A DNA stretch of 64,000 nt from an uncultured Bacteroidales bacterium. Its GTDB lineage: Bacteria > Bacillota_I > Bacilli_A > ML615J-28 > CAG-698. The notes under the pieces are model-generated. The model ran no database searches. It saw nothing but the letters and a program-made list of their open reading frames with translations, and was not told where the DNA came from. Made by a program: the position numbers and the translations under genes. The stretch covers positions 60,865 through 124,864 of the forward strand of contig CAZFAM010000001.1 of the NCBI GenBank assembly GCA_964516425.1, given 5' to 3'. Below are positions 47,590 through 57,303 of this stretch, piece after piece; position 1 is the stretch's first letter, and every line of letters begins with the position of its first letter.

Positions 47590-50500
47590 ATGGCAACAAA
47601 AAAAGAAGATACAAAAACTGCAACTTCAGTATTGAAAAAAAGGACTTCACCAGAAGATGGTGTAGCTACTAAAAGTACCTCAGCGTTAAAGAAAAGAGCA
47701 ATGCCTGATGCAAGTGCTGCTGTAAAAGATAATCCTACATTAAAAAAACGAACAGCTCCAGATGAAAATAAAGAAAGTTCTGTTTTAAAGAAAAGAACAG
47801 CACCAACCGAAGAAAAAGCAACGTCTATTTTAAATAAAAGAGTTGCTCCAGATGAAAATAAGGAAAGTTCTGTTTTAAAGAAAAGAACAGCACCAAGCGA
47901 AGACAAATCTGCGTCTATCTTAAAAAAGAGAGTTACTCCAGATGAAGGTAAGGAAAGTTCTGTTTTAAAGAAAAGAGTTTCACCAGTGGATGACATTACT
48001 TCATCAAGCTCTGTTTTAGCAAAAAAGAAAATAGAAAATGATGATTCGGAAAAAGTTTCTTCTGGAAAAAGTTCCTTAGATAAAATGCGTGAGCGAATTG
48101 CAGCTCAAAAAAAATTAGAACAAAATATGATGACACAACAAGTTCTTCGAAATCAAGAAAAAGATGGTTTACGTTCTAAATTAAATAAATTAAATAAAGA
48201 ACTTGCGGAAGAAGAAGTTATTGATACGCCAAAACAAAATATTAATTTCGACTTAAAGAGCGAAGCTTTAGAAACACAAAACAAGAAATTGAAACAAGAT
48301 GCTGAAAAATTAAAGAATCAATTACAGGCACTAATGACATTAGAATTTATGGATTTGAAAGTTTTAGATCCAAATAACTTAACATTGTCAAATGAATTTG
48401 TGGAAGCAATTAATAGCATTAAAACGCAAGTAGAATCTCAAAAAGATAAAGAAGAGCAGTCTTTAAAAGATGAATTACAATCATTGCAACTTGAACTTGA
48501 TAATTTACGTGCTAAAAATGAAGAGGCTAAAAAAGCAAGTGTTGTTATAAAGAGAGTTGCTGCTCAAACACAAAAAGCTTTAGATGAAGCTAAGAAAGCT
48601 ATTGAAGAACAAGAATCAAATGAAGTACGTAATTTTAAAGAAGAAATTCATAATCTTGAAACACAATTATTTAATAAAGAACAAGAATTAAAATCTCTTC
48701 AACAAGAAAAATCTACAATTGTGAAAGATAATGAAAAAGCAATTGCTTTATTAAAGAAATCACTTGAAAAAGAAATCGAAAATTTAAATAATAAAATTAA
48801 ATTACAAGATGATGACATTACTTTGAAAAATGATTTAAATGTTAAGTTACAAAATGAAACTTCTAAGTTTGAAGAGCAAATCTCATTATTGGAACAAAAG
48901 GTTAAAGAACTAGAAGAAAAAGGTAATAAAGATTTAGTTATTATTCAAGAAAAAGAACAATTGGAAAAGCGTTTAGAAGAACAAGCTGCTAAAATTGATA
49001 GTTTATTATTAGAATATCAAAAACAATTAGATGCAAAAGATAAAGAAATTGATGAATTACGTAATACAATTGTTACAAAAGAAAATGCATTAGCAAATTC
49101 TATCTCTAAAGATGAACTACTTGCTAAAGAAACTGAAATTTCATCATTAAAAGAACAATTAGATAATAGTATATCTAAAGATGAACTACTTGCTAAAGAA
49201 ACTGAAATTTCATCATTAAAAGAACAATTAGATAATAGTATATCTAAAGATGAACTACTTACTAAAGAAACTGAAATTTCATCATTAAAAGAACAATTAG
49301 ACAATAGTATATCTAAAGAAGAATTAAATAATAAAAATGATGAAATTGAAAGTTTAAAACAAGAGATTAAGGATTTAAATAAACAAATTAGTTCTGGAGT
49401 TAATGAAGAAAATTCTGTATTGGTTAAAGACTTACAAGATAAATGTGATCAGTATCAAAATTTATTATTAAGTGAAAGAAATAGTCATTTACAAGTTGAA
49501 CAAAAGTTATGTAATGATTTAGACAATTATAAAAATGAAATAAATGAGTTACAATCTAAAATTACATCTATGAGTTCTGATTATAGTCTTAATAGACTTC
49601 ACAATCAAATTGAGGCTATAGAATCTTATATTAATGATTTAAAGAATAATTCTCATAATGCTATTACAAATAATGCATACACTGAATATTATGATAAATT
49701 AATTGTTGCTTATAGAAATCAGGAAGAAAAAACATTAACAGAAATTAAGCGTCGCAATAATATTTTAAAATTATTACGTGATGAAAAAATTAAAGTTGCG
49801 GAAGTATTAAAACAAAATGGTAAAAATATTTCTTCTTTTGAAAAGCAAATTGATGAAATTAATGCGGTTATAAATTCTAATATTGAAGAATTACAATTAG
49901 ATAATTTACAAGATGTTGAACAACAAATCATTGCAAGCATTAAAGATGAATTAATGCAATATTGTGACAACATTAAAAATGAAGCTACAAAAGAATTAGA
50001 AAGAATAAACCAAAAATATGACTCTTCAAAATCAGTATCTGATTTAATTAATAATTATAATAACGATTATGAGCATATGATTAAAGCTTATGGAAATGAA
50101 GTTTCAAAATTGAATTTAGAACGCTCAATAAACAAAAGCCAAAATGTAGAAAATGTTATTGAAGAAAAATTGTTAATGGTAGAAAAACAGTATCGTATTA
50201 CTACTTTAGAAAGAGACAAAAAATTCAATGAAGTAATGGATAGGATACGTAAACAAAATTTTGAAATTGTAAGCGAAGAAATTAATAATCCATATATTTC
50301 TGTTGTTGGAAAAGAATATATTCGTAGCTTAAATCAGTACGCTACTATTAAGAAAAATATTTTAGATAAGTTAGAATTTGTTAAAACGCAATATAATAAC
50401 AATATTGAAAACATTAAAAACGAAGAGAATGATATAAATAAATTTAATGACAATATTAAAGAAAGTATTGCAATTCTTAATAATCAAACTGATTTAACTG

Positions 50501-51417
50501 AAGAAGATGTTAATAAGAAAAATGAATTAATGTCACAATTAAGTATTAATGAAGAAAAAATTAATCATCTATATCAATATGGTTATAATGTTTTAAAAGA
50601 CGAAATGGAAAAATCAGTCAAAAAATTAGAGCATGAATATGCTTTAATAATAGATGAAGAAAATCATTTGCGTGAGTTGTATGAAAAACGTGAACAAGAA
50701 GCTAAAAAAAGATTGGAATTAGAAAAAGCTAAAGAAGATCAAAGTGCACAAGAAAATGCAATTAAACAACTTAACGAATATCGATATATTGAAGAAGAAG
50801 CTGAAAGAATAATTGAAAGTATTCAAGAAAAACGTGAAAGAATTCATGAACAAAAAGTTTTAACAATTGAACCTAAAGAAGTAGTTTTTGAAAAAACAGA
50901 AGTTAAAAATGTTATTAATAAGGATATTAATTCTGTAGATTATGATAGTATTAATCAATTACAAAGTGATATTTATTCTTTGACATTTAAATTGGGTGAA
51001 TTGAATAGCCAAGAAGAAGAAACTTTAAAAACAATAGAACGTTATAAGACATATCAAAAACAAAGTACTTCACATCATGAAATTGTTAAATATATGGAAT
51101 GTGTAAAACAATATTATGCTTTATCTGAAACAATCAAAACTAAAAAAGCAGAATTAGAAAAGATTGATGAAAAAACTGATAAAAAAGCATTTAAAGTTAA
51201 AAGAGCAGAATATAAGAGTTTAGATAACAAGATAGTTTATTATGCAAAACAAATAAAATATTTAAATAAAAAGCCAGTTGTTAGTGAATATGTTAAAGTA
51301 GCAACAATTGTTAAAGAATTAGAAGAAAAAGTAAATAATATCAATAATGAAAAAGATAGTATTAATATTGAAATTAATAAAAAGCAATTACAAATACAAT
51401 CTTTAAAAAATAAATAA
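47590..51417 (+). CDS. giant (1275 aa) coiled-coil protein with N-terminal Lys-rich 15-aa repeats and internal 23-aa tandem repeats
   Basis: Uninterrupted ORF with Glu/Lys/Leu-rich heptad-like composition throughout. The N-terminus carries about 8 copies of SVLKKRTAP(D/S)E(N/D)KES. Three and a third copies of DNSISKDELLAKETEISSLKEQL are encoded by a 69-bp DNA tandem repeat. Confidence 0.7.
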   Translation: MATKKEDTKTATSVLKKRTSPEDGVATKSTSALKKRAMPDASAAVKDNPTLKKRTAPDENKESSVLKKRTAPTEEKATSILNKRVAPDENKESSVLKKRTAPSEDKSASILKKRVTPDEGKESSVLKKRVSPVDDITSSSSVLAKKKIENDDSEKVSSGKSSLDKMRERIAAQKKLEQNMMTQQVLRNQEKDGLRSKLNKLNKELAEEEVIDTPKQNINFDLKSEALETQNKKLKQDAEKLKNQLQALMTLEFMDLKVLDPNNLTLSNEFVEAINSIKTQVESQKDKEEQSLKDELQSLQLELDNLRAKNEEAKKASVVIKRVAAQTQKALDEAKKAIEEQESNEVRNFKEEIHNLETQLFNKEQELKSLQQEKSTIVKDNEKAIALLKKSLEKEIENLNNKIKLQDDDITLKNDLNVKLQNETSKFEEQISLLEQKVKELEEKGNKDLVIIQEKEQLEKRLEEQAAKIDSLLLEYQKQLDAKDKEIDELRNTIVTKENALANSISKDELLAKETEISSLKEQLDNSISKDELLAKETEISSLKEQLDNSISKDELLTKETEISSLKEQLDNSISKEELNNKNDEIESLKQEIKDLNKQISSGVNEENSVLVKDLQDKCDQYQNLLLSERNSHLQVEQKLCNDLDNYKNEINELQSKITSMSSDYSLNRLHNQIEAIESYINDLKNNSHNAITNNAYTEYYDKLIVAYRNQEEKTLTEIKRRNNILKLLRDEKIKVAEVLKQNGKNISSFEKQIDEINAVINSNIEELQLDNLQDVEQQIIASIKDELMQYCDNIKNEATKELERINQKYDSSKSVSDLINNYNNDYEHMIKAYGNEVSKLNLERSINKSQNVENVIEEKLLMVEKQYRITTLERDKKFNEVMDRIRKQNFEIVSEEINNPYISVVGKEYIRSLNQYATIKKNILDKLEFVKTQYNNNIENIKNEENDINKFNDNIKESIAILNNQTDLTEEDVNKKNELMSQLSINEEKINHLYQYGYNVLKDEMEKSVKKLEHEYALIIDEENHLRELYEKREQEAKKRLELEKAKEDQSAQENAIKQLNEYRYIEEEAERIIESIQEKRERIHEQKVLTIEPKEVVFEKTEVKNVINKDINSVDYDSINQLQSDIYSLTFKLGELNSQEEETLKTIERYKTYQKQSTSHHEIVKYMECVKQYYALSETIKTKKAELEKIDEKTDKKAFKVKRAEYKSLDNKIVYYAKQIKYLNKKPVVSEYVKVATIVKELEEKVNNINNEKDSINIEINKKQLQIQSLKNK
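47761..47990 (+). repeat. 90-bp tandem repeat (about 2.6 copies), in-frame, encoding paired 15-aa KKR motifs
   Basis: 47761-47850 and 47851-47940 are about 90% identical, and 47941.. is a partial third copy. Confidence 0.8.
49096..49332 (+). repeat. 69-bp near-perfect tandem repeat (3 full copies plus a partial), in-frame
   Basis: Copies at 49096-49164, 49165-49233 and 49234-49302 differ by only 1-3 nt. A partial fourth copy follows. Confidence 0.9.
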
Positions 51418-51441
51418 TTTTTTAAGAAAGGAATTAGCAAC

Positions 51442-52101
51442 ATGAAAATAATCATTTCTAAGGAAATCACTTCTAAGTTACCTTCTTTTAATGTTTATGC
51501 CTATTCTATGAATGTTAAAGTAGAAAGTAGTAAAATAATTGAAGACAAAATTAAACAATTAGAAGTAGATATACCAAAGATGTATGATTTAGAACACGTG
51601 TTAGCTATTCCTTCAATAAAAAATGCTAGAGACGGATATAAAAAATTAGGAAAAGATCCTAGTAGATATCGTTTGGCATGTGAATCTTTATATCGTAGAT
51701 TAGTGAAAAATAAAGGATTATATTTTATAAATAATGTTGTTGATGCAGGAAATGTATTATCAATTAAACTTGCAAAATCAACTGCTGTGTTAGATTATGA
51801 TAAATTAATTGGTGATATAAAAATACGCATTGGTACAGAAGAAGATATTTATTATGGTATAAATCGTGGTTTAATAAATGTTACTAATATCCCCTTATAT
51901 GTTGATGATATTTCTCCTTTTGGTTCTCCAACGAGTGATACTGAAAGAACATCAGTTTCTAATGACACACAAAAAATATTATTAATGATTATTTGTTTTG
52001 ATAATTTGGATAATGAAAAAATAGAGAATATTTCATTAAATATTTTTGAAAAATATGCGTATGCAAATAATATTCAAAAAATAGAAATAATTAAAGAATA
52101 G
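51442..52101 (+). CDS. stand-alone B3/4 (PheT-like tRNA-binding/editing) domain protein
   Basis: Matches the B3_4 domain pattern (KNARDGYKKLGKDPSRYRLACESLYRRL...FINNVVDAGNVLS). Length 219 aa. Confidence 0.65.
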   Translation: MKIIISKEITSKLPSFNVYAYSMNVKVESSKIIEDKIKQLEVDIPKMYDLEHVLAIPSIKNARDGYKKLGKDPSRYRLACESLYRRLVKNKGLYFINNVVDAGNVLSIKLAKSTAVLDYDKLIGDIKIRIGTEEDIYYGINRGLINVTNIPLYVDDISPFGSPTSDTERTSVSNDTQKILLMIICFDNLDNEKIENISLNIFEKYAYANNIQKIEIIKE

Positions 52102-52110
52102 AGGTATATC

Positions 52111-53742
52111 ATGGGAGAAATTTCAAATTTTATAAAAACCATAATGGAAGACGATTTAAAAAGTGGAAAAGTGAAAGAGATTGTAACAAGATTTCCACCT
52201 GAACCCAATGCTTATTTACATATTGGACATGCTAGAGCATTAATTACTAATTTTGAATTGGCAAAAAGCTTTGGTGGTTATACAAATCTTCGTTTTGATG
52301 ACACAAATCCCGCAAAAGAAGATGAAGAATTTGTGGAAGGAATTAAAAAAGATATTGAATGGTTAGGATATCATCCTAAAAATGTATATTTTGGATCTGA
52401 TTATTTTGATAAAACATATGATTTAGCTATACAATTAATTAAAAAAGGTTTAGCATATGTTTGTGATTTGAGTCAACAAGAAATGAGTGAATATCGTGGA
52501 ACATTAACAGAACCAGGAAAGAACTCTCCATATCGTAATCGTACTGTTGAAGAAAATTTACAATTATTTGAGAATATGAAAAATGGTATGTATGATGAGG
52601 GTACTAAAGTATTAAGGGCAAAAATTGATATGTCACATCCAAATATTAATATGAGAGATCCTGTATTATATCGAATTATAAAAATTAAGCATCATCGACA
52701 AGGAAATAAATGGTGTATATATCCAATGTATGATTTTGCTCATCCATTGCAAGATTCATTTGAAGGTATTACGCATTCATTATGTAGTTTAGAATATGAT
52801 AACCATAGAATATTGTATGATTGGGTAATTGAAAATTGTGAAGTTCCTCATCAACCACATCAATATGAATTTGGTAGATTAAATATAACTAACACAATAA
52901 TGAGTAAAAGATATTTAAAACAATTAGTGGAAAGTGGAAAAGTAATAGGGTATGATGATCCTCGTATGCCTACTTTAACAGGTATGAGAAGACGCGGTAT
53001 TACACCAGAAGCTATTAAAGCATTTATATTATCAACCGGTTTATCAAGAATTAATTCAACGGTTGAAGGTGATATGCTAGATCATTTTGTTAGAGAAGAT
53101 TTGAAATTAAAATGTAATAGAATAATGGCTGTAAAAGATCCATTAAAAATTACTATTACAAATTATGAAGATGGAAAAGTTGAATATTTAAATGCATTAA
53201 ATAACCAAGAAAATGAAGAATTAGGTTCTAAAAAGATTAGTTTTTCAAAGCATTTATATATTGAACGTGAAGATTTTGCGGTTGAAAAGCCTAATAGACA
53301 ATTTAAACGTTTAGCTTTAGGTTTAGAAGTTAGATTGATGCATGCTTATTTTATTAAAGCTAATGAAGTTGTGTATGATGAAAATGGTAAAATTTCTGAA
53401 GTTTTATGTACATATGATGAAAAAACATTAAGTGGTACTGGATTTAATGAAAGAAAACCAAATGGTACTATTGGTTTTGTGGATGCATCAAGTGCAATGA
53501 AAGCAACATTTAATTTATTTGAACCACTAATTATTGATTGTGATGATCAGTCAACATTTCTAGACCATATTAATCCAAACTCATGGACAACTATGGATGG
53601 ATACGTTGAAAAAGGTAACTATCAAATTTTAGATAAATTCCAATTCATTCGTGATGGATATTATACTGTTGATAGTGATACAAATGAAGATAAGTTAGTA
53701 TTTAATCGTATTGTTGCTTTAAAATCAACATTTAAAAAATAG
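52111..53742 (+). CDS. glnS: glutaminyl-tRNA synthetase
   Basis: Class I HIGH (PEPNAYLHIGHA) and KMSKS (IMSKR) motifs. About 543 aa with a GlnRS-type C-terminal anticodon-binding region. Confidence 0.85.
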   Translation: MGEISNFIKTIMEDDLKSGKVKEIVTRFPPEPNAYLHIGHARALITNFELAKSFGGYTNLRFDDTNPAKEDEEFVEGIKKDIEWLGYHPKNVYFGSDYFDKTYDLAIQLIKKGLAYVCDLSQQEMSEYRGTLTEPGKNSPYRNRTVEENLQLFENMKNGMYDEGTKVLRAKIDMSHPNINMRDPVLYRIIKIKHHRQGNKWCIYPMYDFAHPLQDSFEGITHSLCSLEYDNHRILYDWVIENCEVPHQPHQYEFGRLNITNTIMSKRYLKQLVESGKVIGYDDPRMPTLTGMRRRGITPEAIKAFILSTGLSRINSTVEGDMLDHFVREDLKLKCNRIMAVKDPLKITITNYEDGKVEYLNALNNQENEELGSKKISFSKHLYIEREDFAVEKPNRQFKRLALGLEVRLMHAYFIKANEVVYDENGKISEVLCTYDEKTLSGTGFNERKPNGTIGFVDASSAMKATFNLFEPLIIDCDDQSTFLDHINPNSWTTMDGYVEKGNYQILDKFQFIRDGYYTVDSDTNEDKLVFNRIVALKSTFKK

Positions 53743-53770
53743 ACAATTCTTTTTTAAGAATTGTTTTTGT
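53743..53770 (+). terminator. rho-independent terminator after glnS
   Basis: Perfect stems acaattctt and aagaattgt flank the loop tttt and are followed by ttttgtt. Confidence 0.6.
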
Positions 53771-53784
53771 TAGGAGGGGATATT

Positions 53785-55899
53785 TTGAAATCGGATAATA
53801 AATTAAATGAGCGTCAACAATTAGCTGCATCACAATTTAGTGGTCCAATAATGGTATTTGCGGGTGCAGGTAGTGGAAAAACAAGAACTTTAACATATCG
53901 TGTTGCGAATATGATTGAAGCTGGAATTCCTTCAAATAACATTTTAGCAATCACATTTACAAATAAAGCTACAAATGAAATGAAAGAAAGATTGTATGAT
54001 TTAGTTGGTAGTAGTATTAAATTTACTACTATTTGTACATTTCATTCCTTGTGTGCTCGTATTCTTCGTCAAGAAATTCATTTATTAGGTTATAAAAAGA
54101 ATTTTGATATTATTGATGAAGAAGATCAGTTAAAAGTAGTTACAGATACTTTAAACGATTTAAATATTGATAAAAAGAAATTCACTCCTAAACAAATGCG
54201 AAAAATGATTAATTTTAATAAATGTTTTCATATGAAACCTTCTTCGCAAATAGAACAAAATATATTCTTGCGTTATGAAGAAATGATGAAAGAATTAAAT
54301 CTTTTGGATTTTGAAGATTTATTAATTAAAACATATGAATTATTTATTAAAAATCCAGATACTTTAGAAAAATATCGTGCAAAATATCAATATATATTAG
54401 TAGATGAATTTCAAGATACTAATTTAATTCAGTATCGCATAGTTAAATTATTAGCATTGAATTCCAGAAATATATTTGTAGTTGGTGATGATGATCAATC
54501 AATCTATAGTTTTAGGGGAACAAATTATGAAAATATGCAATTGTTTAAAAGGGATTTTCCTGAACATCAAATTATAATTCTTGATAAAAATTATCGCTCG
54601 ACACAAACAATTCTTGATGGTTCTAATCGCTTAATTAAAAATAATAATAATCGTCAAGATAAAGAAATGTATTCTGATATTAAGGGATCGCAAAATGATG
54701 TCACTATTATAACTTTAAATGATGAAAGATTCGAAGTTGATTATGTTATAGGACAAATTAAAGAAGGAATAAGATACCATAATAAAAAATATAGTGATTT
54801 TGCAATTTTATATCGTTCTAGTGTTATTGGTAGAAACTTTGAATTAGGATTCATTAATAATAATATGCCATATCGTATTTTTGGTGGTATTAGTTATTTA
54901 AGAAGAAAAGAAATTAAGGATATAATTGCCTATTTAAAATTTATTATTGATAATGATGATATAATGAGCTTTAAAAGAATTGTTAATGAACCAGCAAGAG
55001 GTATTGGTTTAAAAACGATTCAGGATTTATTAAAGTTGAAAAGAGAATATAGGTTAACAATTTTTGATGCTATAGAATCATTTAAATCAATTAGTGCTTC
55101 AAAGTATAAAGCCTTAAAATTTTTTAAAGATATGATTTTGGGGTTACGTATTAAAATGGATCAATTAACATTAGTAGAATTATTTGATGAGTTAATGGAT
55201 ATAACTGATTATATTTCTATTTATGAAGATGATGAAAACTTCGAAGATCGTAAACAAAATTTATTAGAATTTAAAAGTATCTTAAGTAATATAGATAATG
55301 ATGGTGAAGTTGCATCAAATGCGGATAAATTAATGTTTGCATTTGATGAAGCAGTTTTATCCGATGATAGAGGACATAATCAAATTCAAGATGAAAACTG
55401 TATAACAATATCTACCGTTCATTCTGTTAAAGGATTAGAATTTGATACTGTTTTTGTGGTTGCATTTGAAAATGGTATTTTTCCTTCAATGATGAGTAGT
55501 TTGGAAAATGATGAAGAAGAGGAAAGAAGAATAGCTTATGTTGCTGTTACAAGAGCTAAAAATAAACTTTATCTAACAAGTGCGAAACAACGATTAATAT
55601 ATGGTGGTATTAATCGTAATAAGCCATCAAAGTTTTTATTAGAATTTGCGGGTGCAAATCCACTTTCTAAAAAAATTGATGATGAATATAATATTCGCCA
55701 AGTTCCTGTTGAAACGCAAGAGACAACTGTTTCTACAGATAAAAATTATAAAGTTGGTGACCATATTATTCATAAAGTTTATGGAGAGGGTATAATTGTA
55801 TCTTTGGAAAATACTACAGGAATGATTTGTTTTACATCTCAAGGACAAATTAAAACTTTTGATATAACTCATCCCGCAATTCAAAAAAAGATTAGTTAA
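53785..55899 (+). CDS. pcrA: ATP-dependent DNA helicase PcrA/UvrD (SF1)
   Basis: Walker A AGAGSGKTRTLT and SF1 motifs (DEFQDTN, VGDDDQSIYSFRG, VTRAK). Likely TTG start 53785 after RBS aggagggg. Confidence 0.9.
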   Translation: MKSDNKLNERQQLAASQFSGPIMVFAGAGSGKTRTLTYRVANMIEAGIPSNNILAITFTNKATNEMKERLYDLVGSSIKFTTICTFHSLCARILRQEIHLLGYKKNFDIIDEEDQLKVVTDTLNDLNIDKKKFTPKQMRKMINFNKCFHMKPSSQIEQNIFLRYEEMMKELNLLDFEDLLIKTYELFIKNPDTLEKYRAKYQYILVDEFQDTNLIQYRIVKLLALNSRNIFVVGDDDQSIYSFRGTNYENMQLFKRDFPEHQIIILDKNYRSTQTILDGSNRLIKNNNNRQDKEMYSDIKGSQNDVTIITLNDERFEVDYVIGQIKEGIRYHNKKYSDFAILYRSSVIGRNFELGFINNNMPYRIFGGISYLRRKEIKDIIAYLKFIIDNDDIMSFKRIVNEPARGIGLKTIQDLLKLKREYRLTIFDAIESFKSISASKYKALKFFKDMILGLRIKMDQLTLVELFDELMDITDYISIYEDDENFEDRKQNLLEFKSILSNIDNDGEVASNADKLMFAFDEAVLSDDRGHNQIQDENCITISTVHSVKGLEFDTVFVVAFENGIFPSMMSSLENDEEEERRIAYVAVTRAKNKLYLTSAKQRLIYGGINRNKPSKFLLEFAGANPLSKKIDDEYNIRQVPVETQETTVSTDKNYKVGDHIIHKVYGEGIIVSLENTTGMICFTSQGQIKTFDITHPAIQKKIS

Positions 55900-55935
55900 G
55901 TGAAGTTGTTGAAACGACAATTTCACTTTTTTCTT
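55898..55935 (+). terminator. rho-independent terminator after pcrA
   Basis: 14-bp stems aagtgaagttgttg and cgacaatttcactt (2 wobbles) are followed by tttttt. Confidence 0.55.
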
Positions 55936-55980
55936 TTATAAAAATCTTATAAATGATAATAATATAATAAAGGTGATATC

Positions 55981-57303
55981 ATGCACAAAATAGAAGAAAC
56001 GTTAAAAAATAAATTTCAAAATGATGATACTTTTTTATATTATGATATTAAAAGCGATGATCATTTATCATTAAGATTATATTATATTTTTGGTTTAGTT
56101 GATAATGATAAAATCAGTGATTTGATTATTAAGCCAGTTACATTATTTAATACAGAAAATTTATGTATGATAATTAAAAATTATAATATTGATGAAATAA
56201 TAAAATCACTTTTAGATGGAAATGTAATTGTATTCGATTATAATAATAACACTATAAAATCTATTGATGTCAAAAAGCATTATTTAAGATCAGTTTCAGA
56301 ACCTGATAATGAAAAAGTAGTAAAAGGTCCTAAAGAAGGATTTATCGAAAATATTATTAGTAATATTAATTTGATTCGAACTAGATTGCGAACTAACCAG
56401 CTAAAATTTGAGTTTCTACAAAATCAAAATCCAATAATTGCAATTTGCTATATAGATGAAGCAGTAGATAAAAATGTTTTACGAAAACTTAAAAATGAAA
56501 TAAAAAAATATAATTTTGAAAATATAAATATAAATCATATTAAAGAACAATTAAAAAATAATAAAAAAGATTTATTCAATACAGTTGGTGATAGTGGAAG
56601 AGTAGATGTTTGTACATACAAATTATTAGAAGGAAAAATTGTTATACTAGTAGATGGGTCACCATTATGCTTATATTTGCCTTTTACATTTTCAGAAAAT
56701 TTTCAAACAGTTGATGATTATTATTTAAGTTTTTCGTTTGCATCAATTAATAGAGTTTTACGATTTATTAGTTTTATAATTTCTATAATATTACCTGGAT
56801 TTTATGTTGCTGTTTTAAAATTTCACCAAGAATTGTTACCAGTAGAATTAATGATTAGTATTTCAGCTTCAAGAATTGGAGTACCATTCTCTACTTTTTT
56901 TGAATGTGTTTTATTATTGACTGCTTTTGAAATTCTAAGAGAAGCAGGAACCAAAATATCTTCTCTTTTAGGATCGTCATTAAGCATTGTTGGAGGGTTA
57001 GTTATTGGTCAAGCAACAGTTGAAGCTAGAATTATAAGTACTAGTGTTGTTATTATTGTTGCAATTTCATCAATAACAACATTAATTAATTCAAAGTTAA
57101 GTGGCCCAATTATATGTTATCGCTATATCGTTTTAGTGATGGGGGCTTTAGTAGGAATATATGGCATTTTGGCATCTATCATTTTTATGATTACAAAACT
57201 TATTAAAATGGATTCTTTTGGTGAATATTATATTAAAGATATTTTACCTTTTAAATTGAAAAGATATAAAAAAACATATACGAGGTTTCCTGATGAAATG
57301 TAA
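55981..57303 (+). CDS. spore germination protein, GerA-family A subunit
   Basis: GerAA-type architecture with a soluble N-domain and a C-terminal 4-5 TM region. Contains GDSGRVDVCTYKLLEGKIVILVDGSPLCLYLPFTF. Confidence 0.8.
   Translation: MHKIEETLKNKFQNDDTFLYYDIKSDDHLSLRLYYIFGLVDNDKISDLIIKPVTLFNTENLCMIIKNYNIDEIIKSLLDGNVIVFDYNNNTIKSIDVKKHYLRSVSEPDNEKVVKGPKEGFIENIISNINLIRTRLRTNQLKFEFLQNQNPIIAICYIDEAVDKNVLRKLKNEIKKYNFENININHIKEQLKNNKKDLFNTVGDSGRVDVCTYKLLEGKIVILVDGSPLCLYLPFTFSENFQTVDDYYLSFSFASINRVLRFISFIISIILPGFYVAVLKFHQELLPVELMISISASRIGVPFSTFFECVLLLTAFEILREAGTKISSLLGSSLSIVGGLVIGQATVEARIISTSVVIIVAISSITTLINSKLSGPIICYRYIVLVMGALVGIYGILASIIFMITKLIKMDSFGEYYIKDILPFKLKRYKKTYTRFPDEM

Noticed and set aside
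47502-47996. 164-aa minus-strand ORF
   Set aside because: It is the mirror image of the in-frame 45/90-bp repeats of the plus-strand coiled-coil gene. Its repetitive 'LFFKTELSL' product is an artefact.
49017-49304. 95-aa minus-strand ORF with internal repeats
   Set aside because: Antisense shadow of the 69-bp tandem repeat in the coiled-coil gene.
49719-49973. 84-aa minus-strand ORF inside the coiled-coil gene
   Set aside because: Shadow ORF.
51240-51470. 76-aa minus-strand ORF spanning the coiled-coil/B3-4 junction
   Set aside because: Antisense to two confident CDSs; hydrophobic low-complexity product.
55639-55926. 95-aa minus-strand ORF at the pcrA 3' end
   Set aside because: Antisense shadow that overlaps the pcrA terminator.
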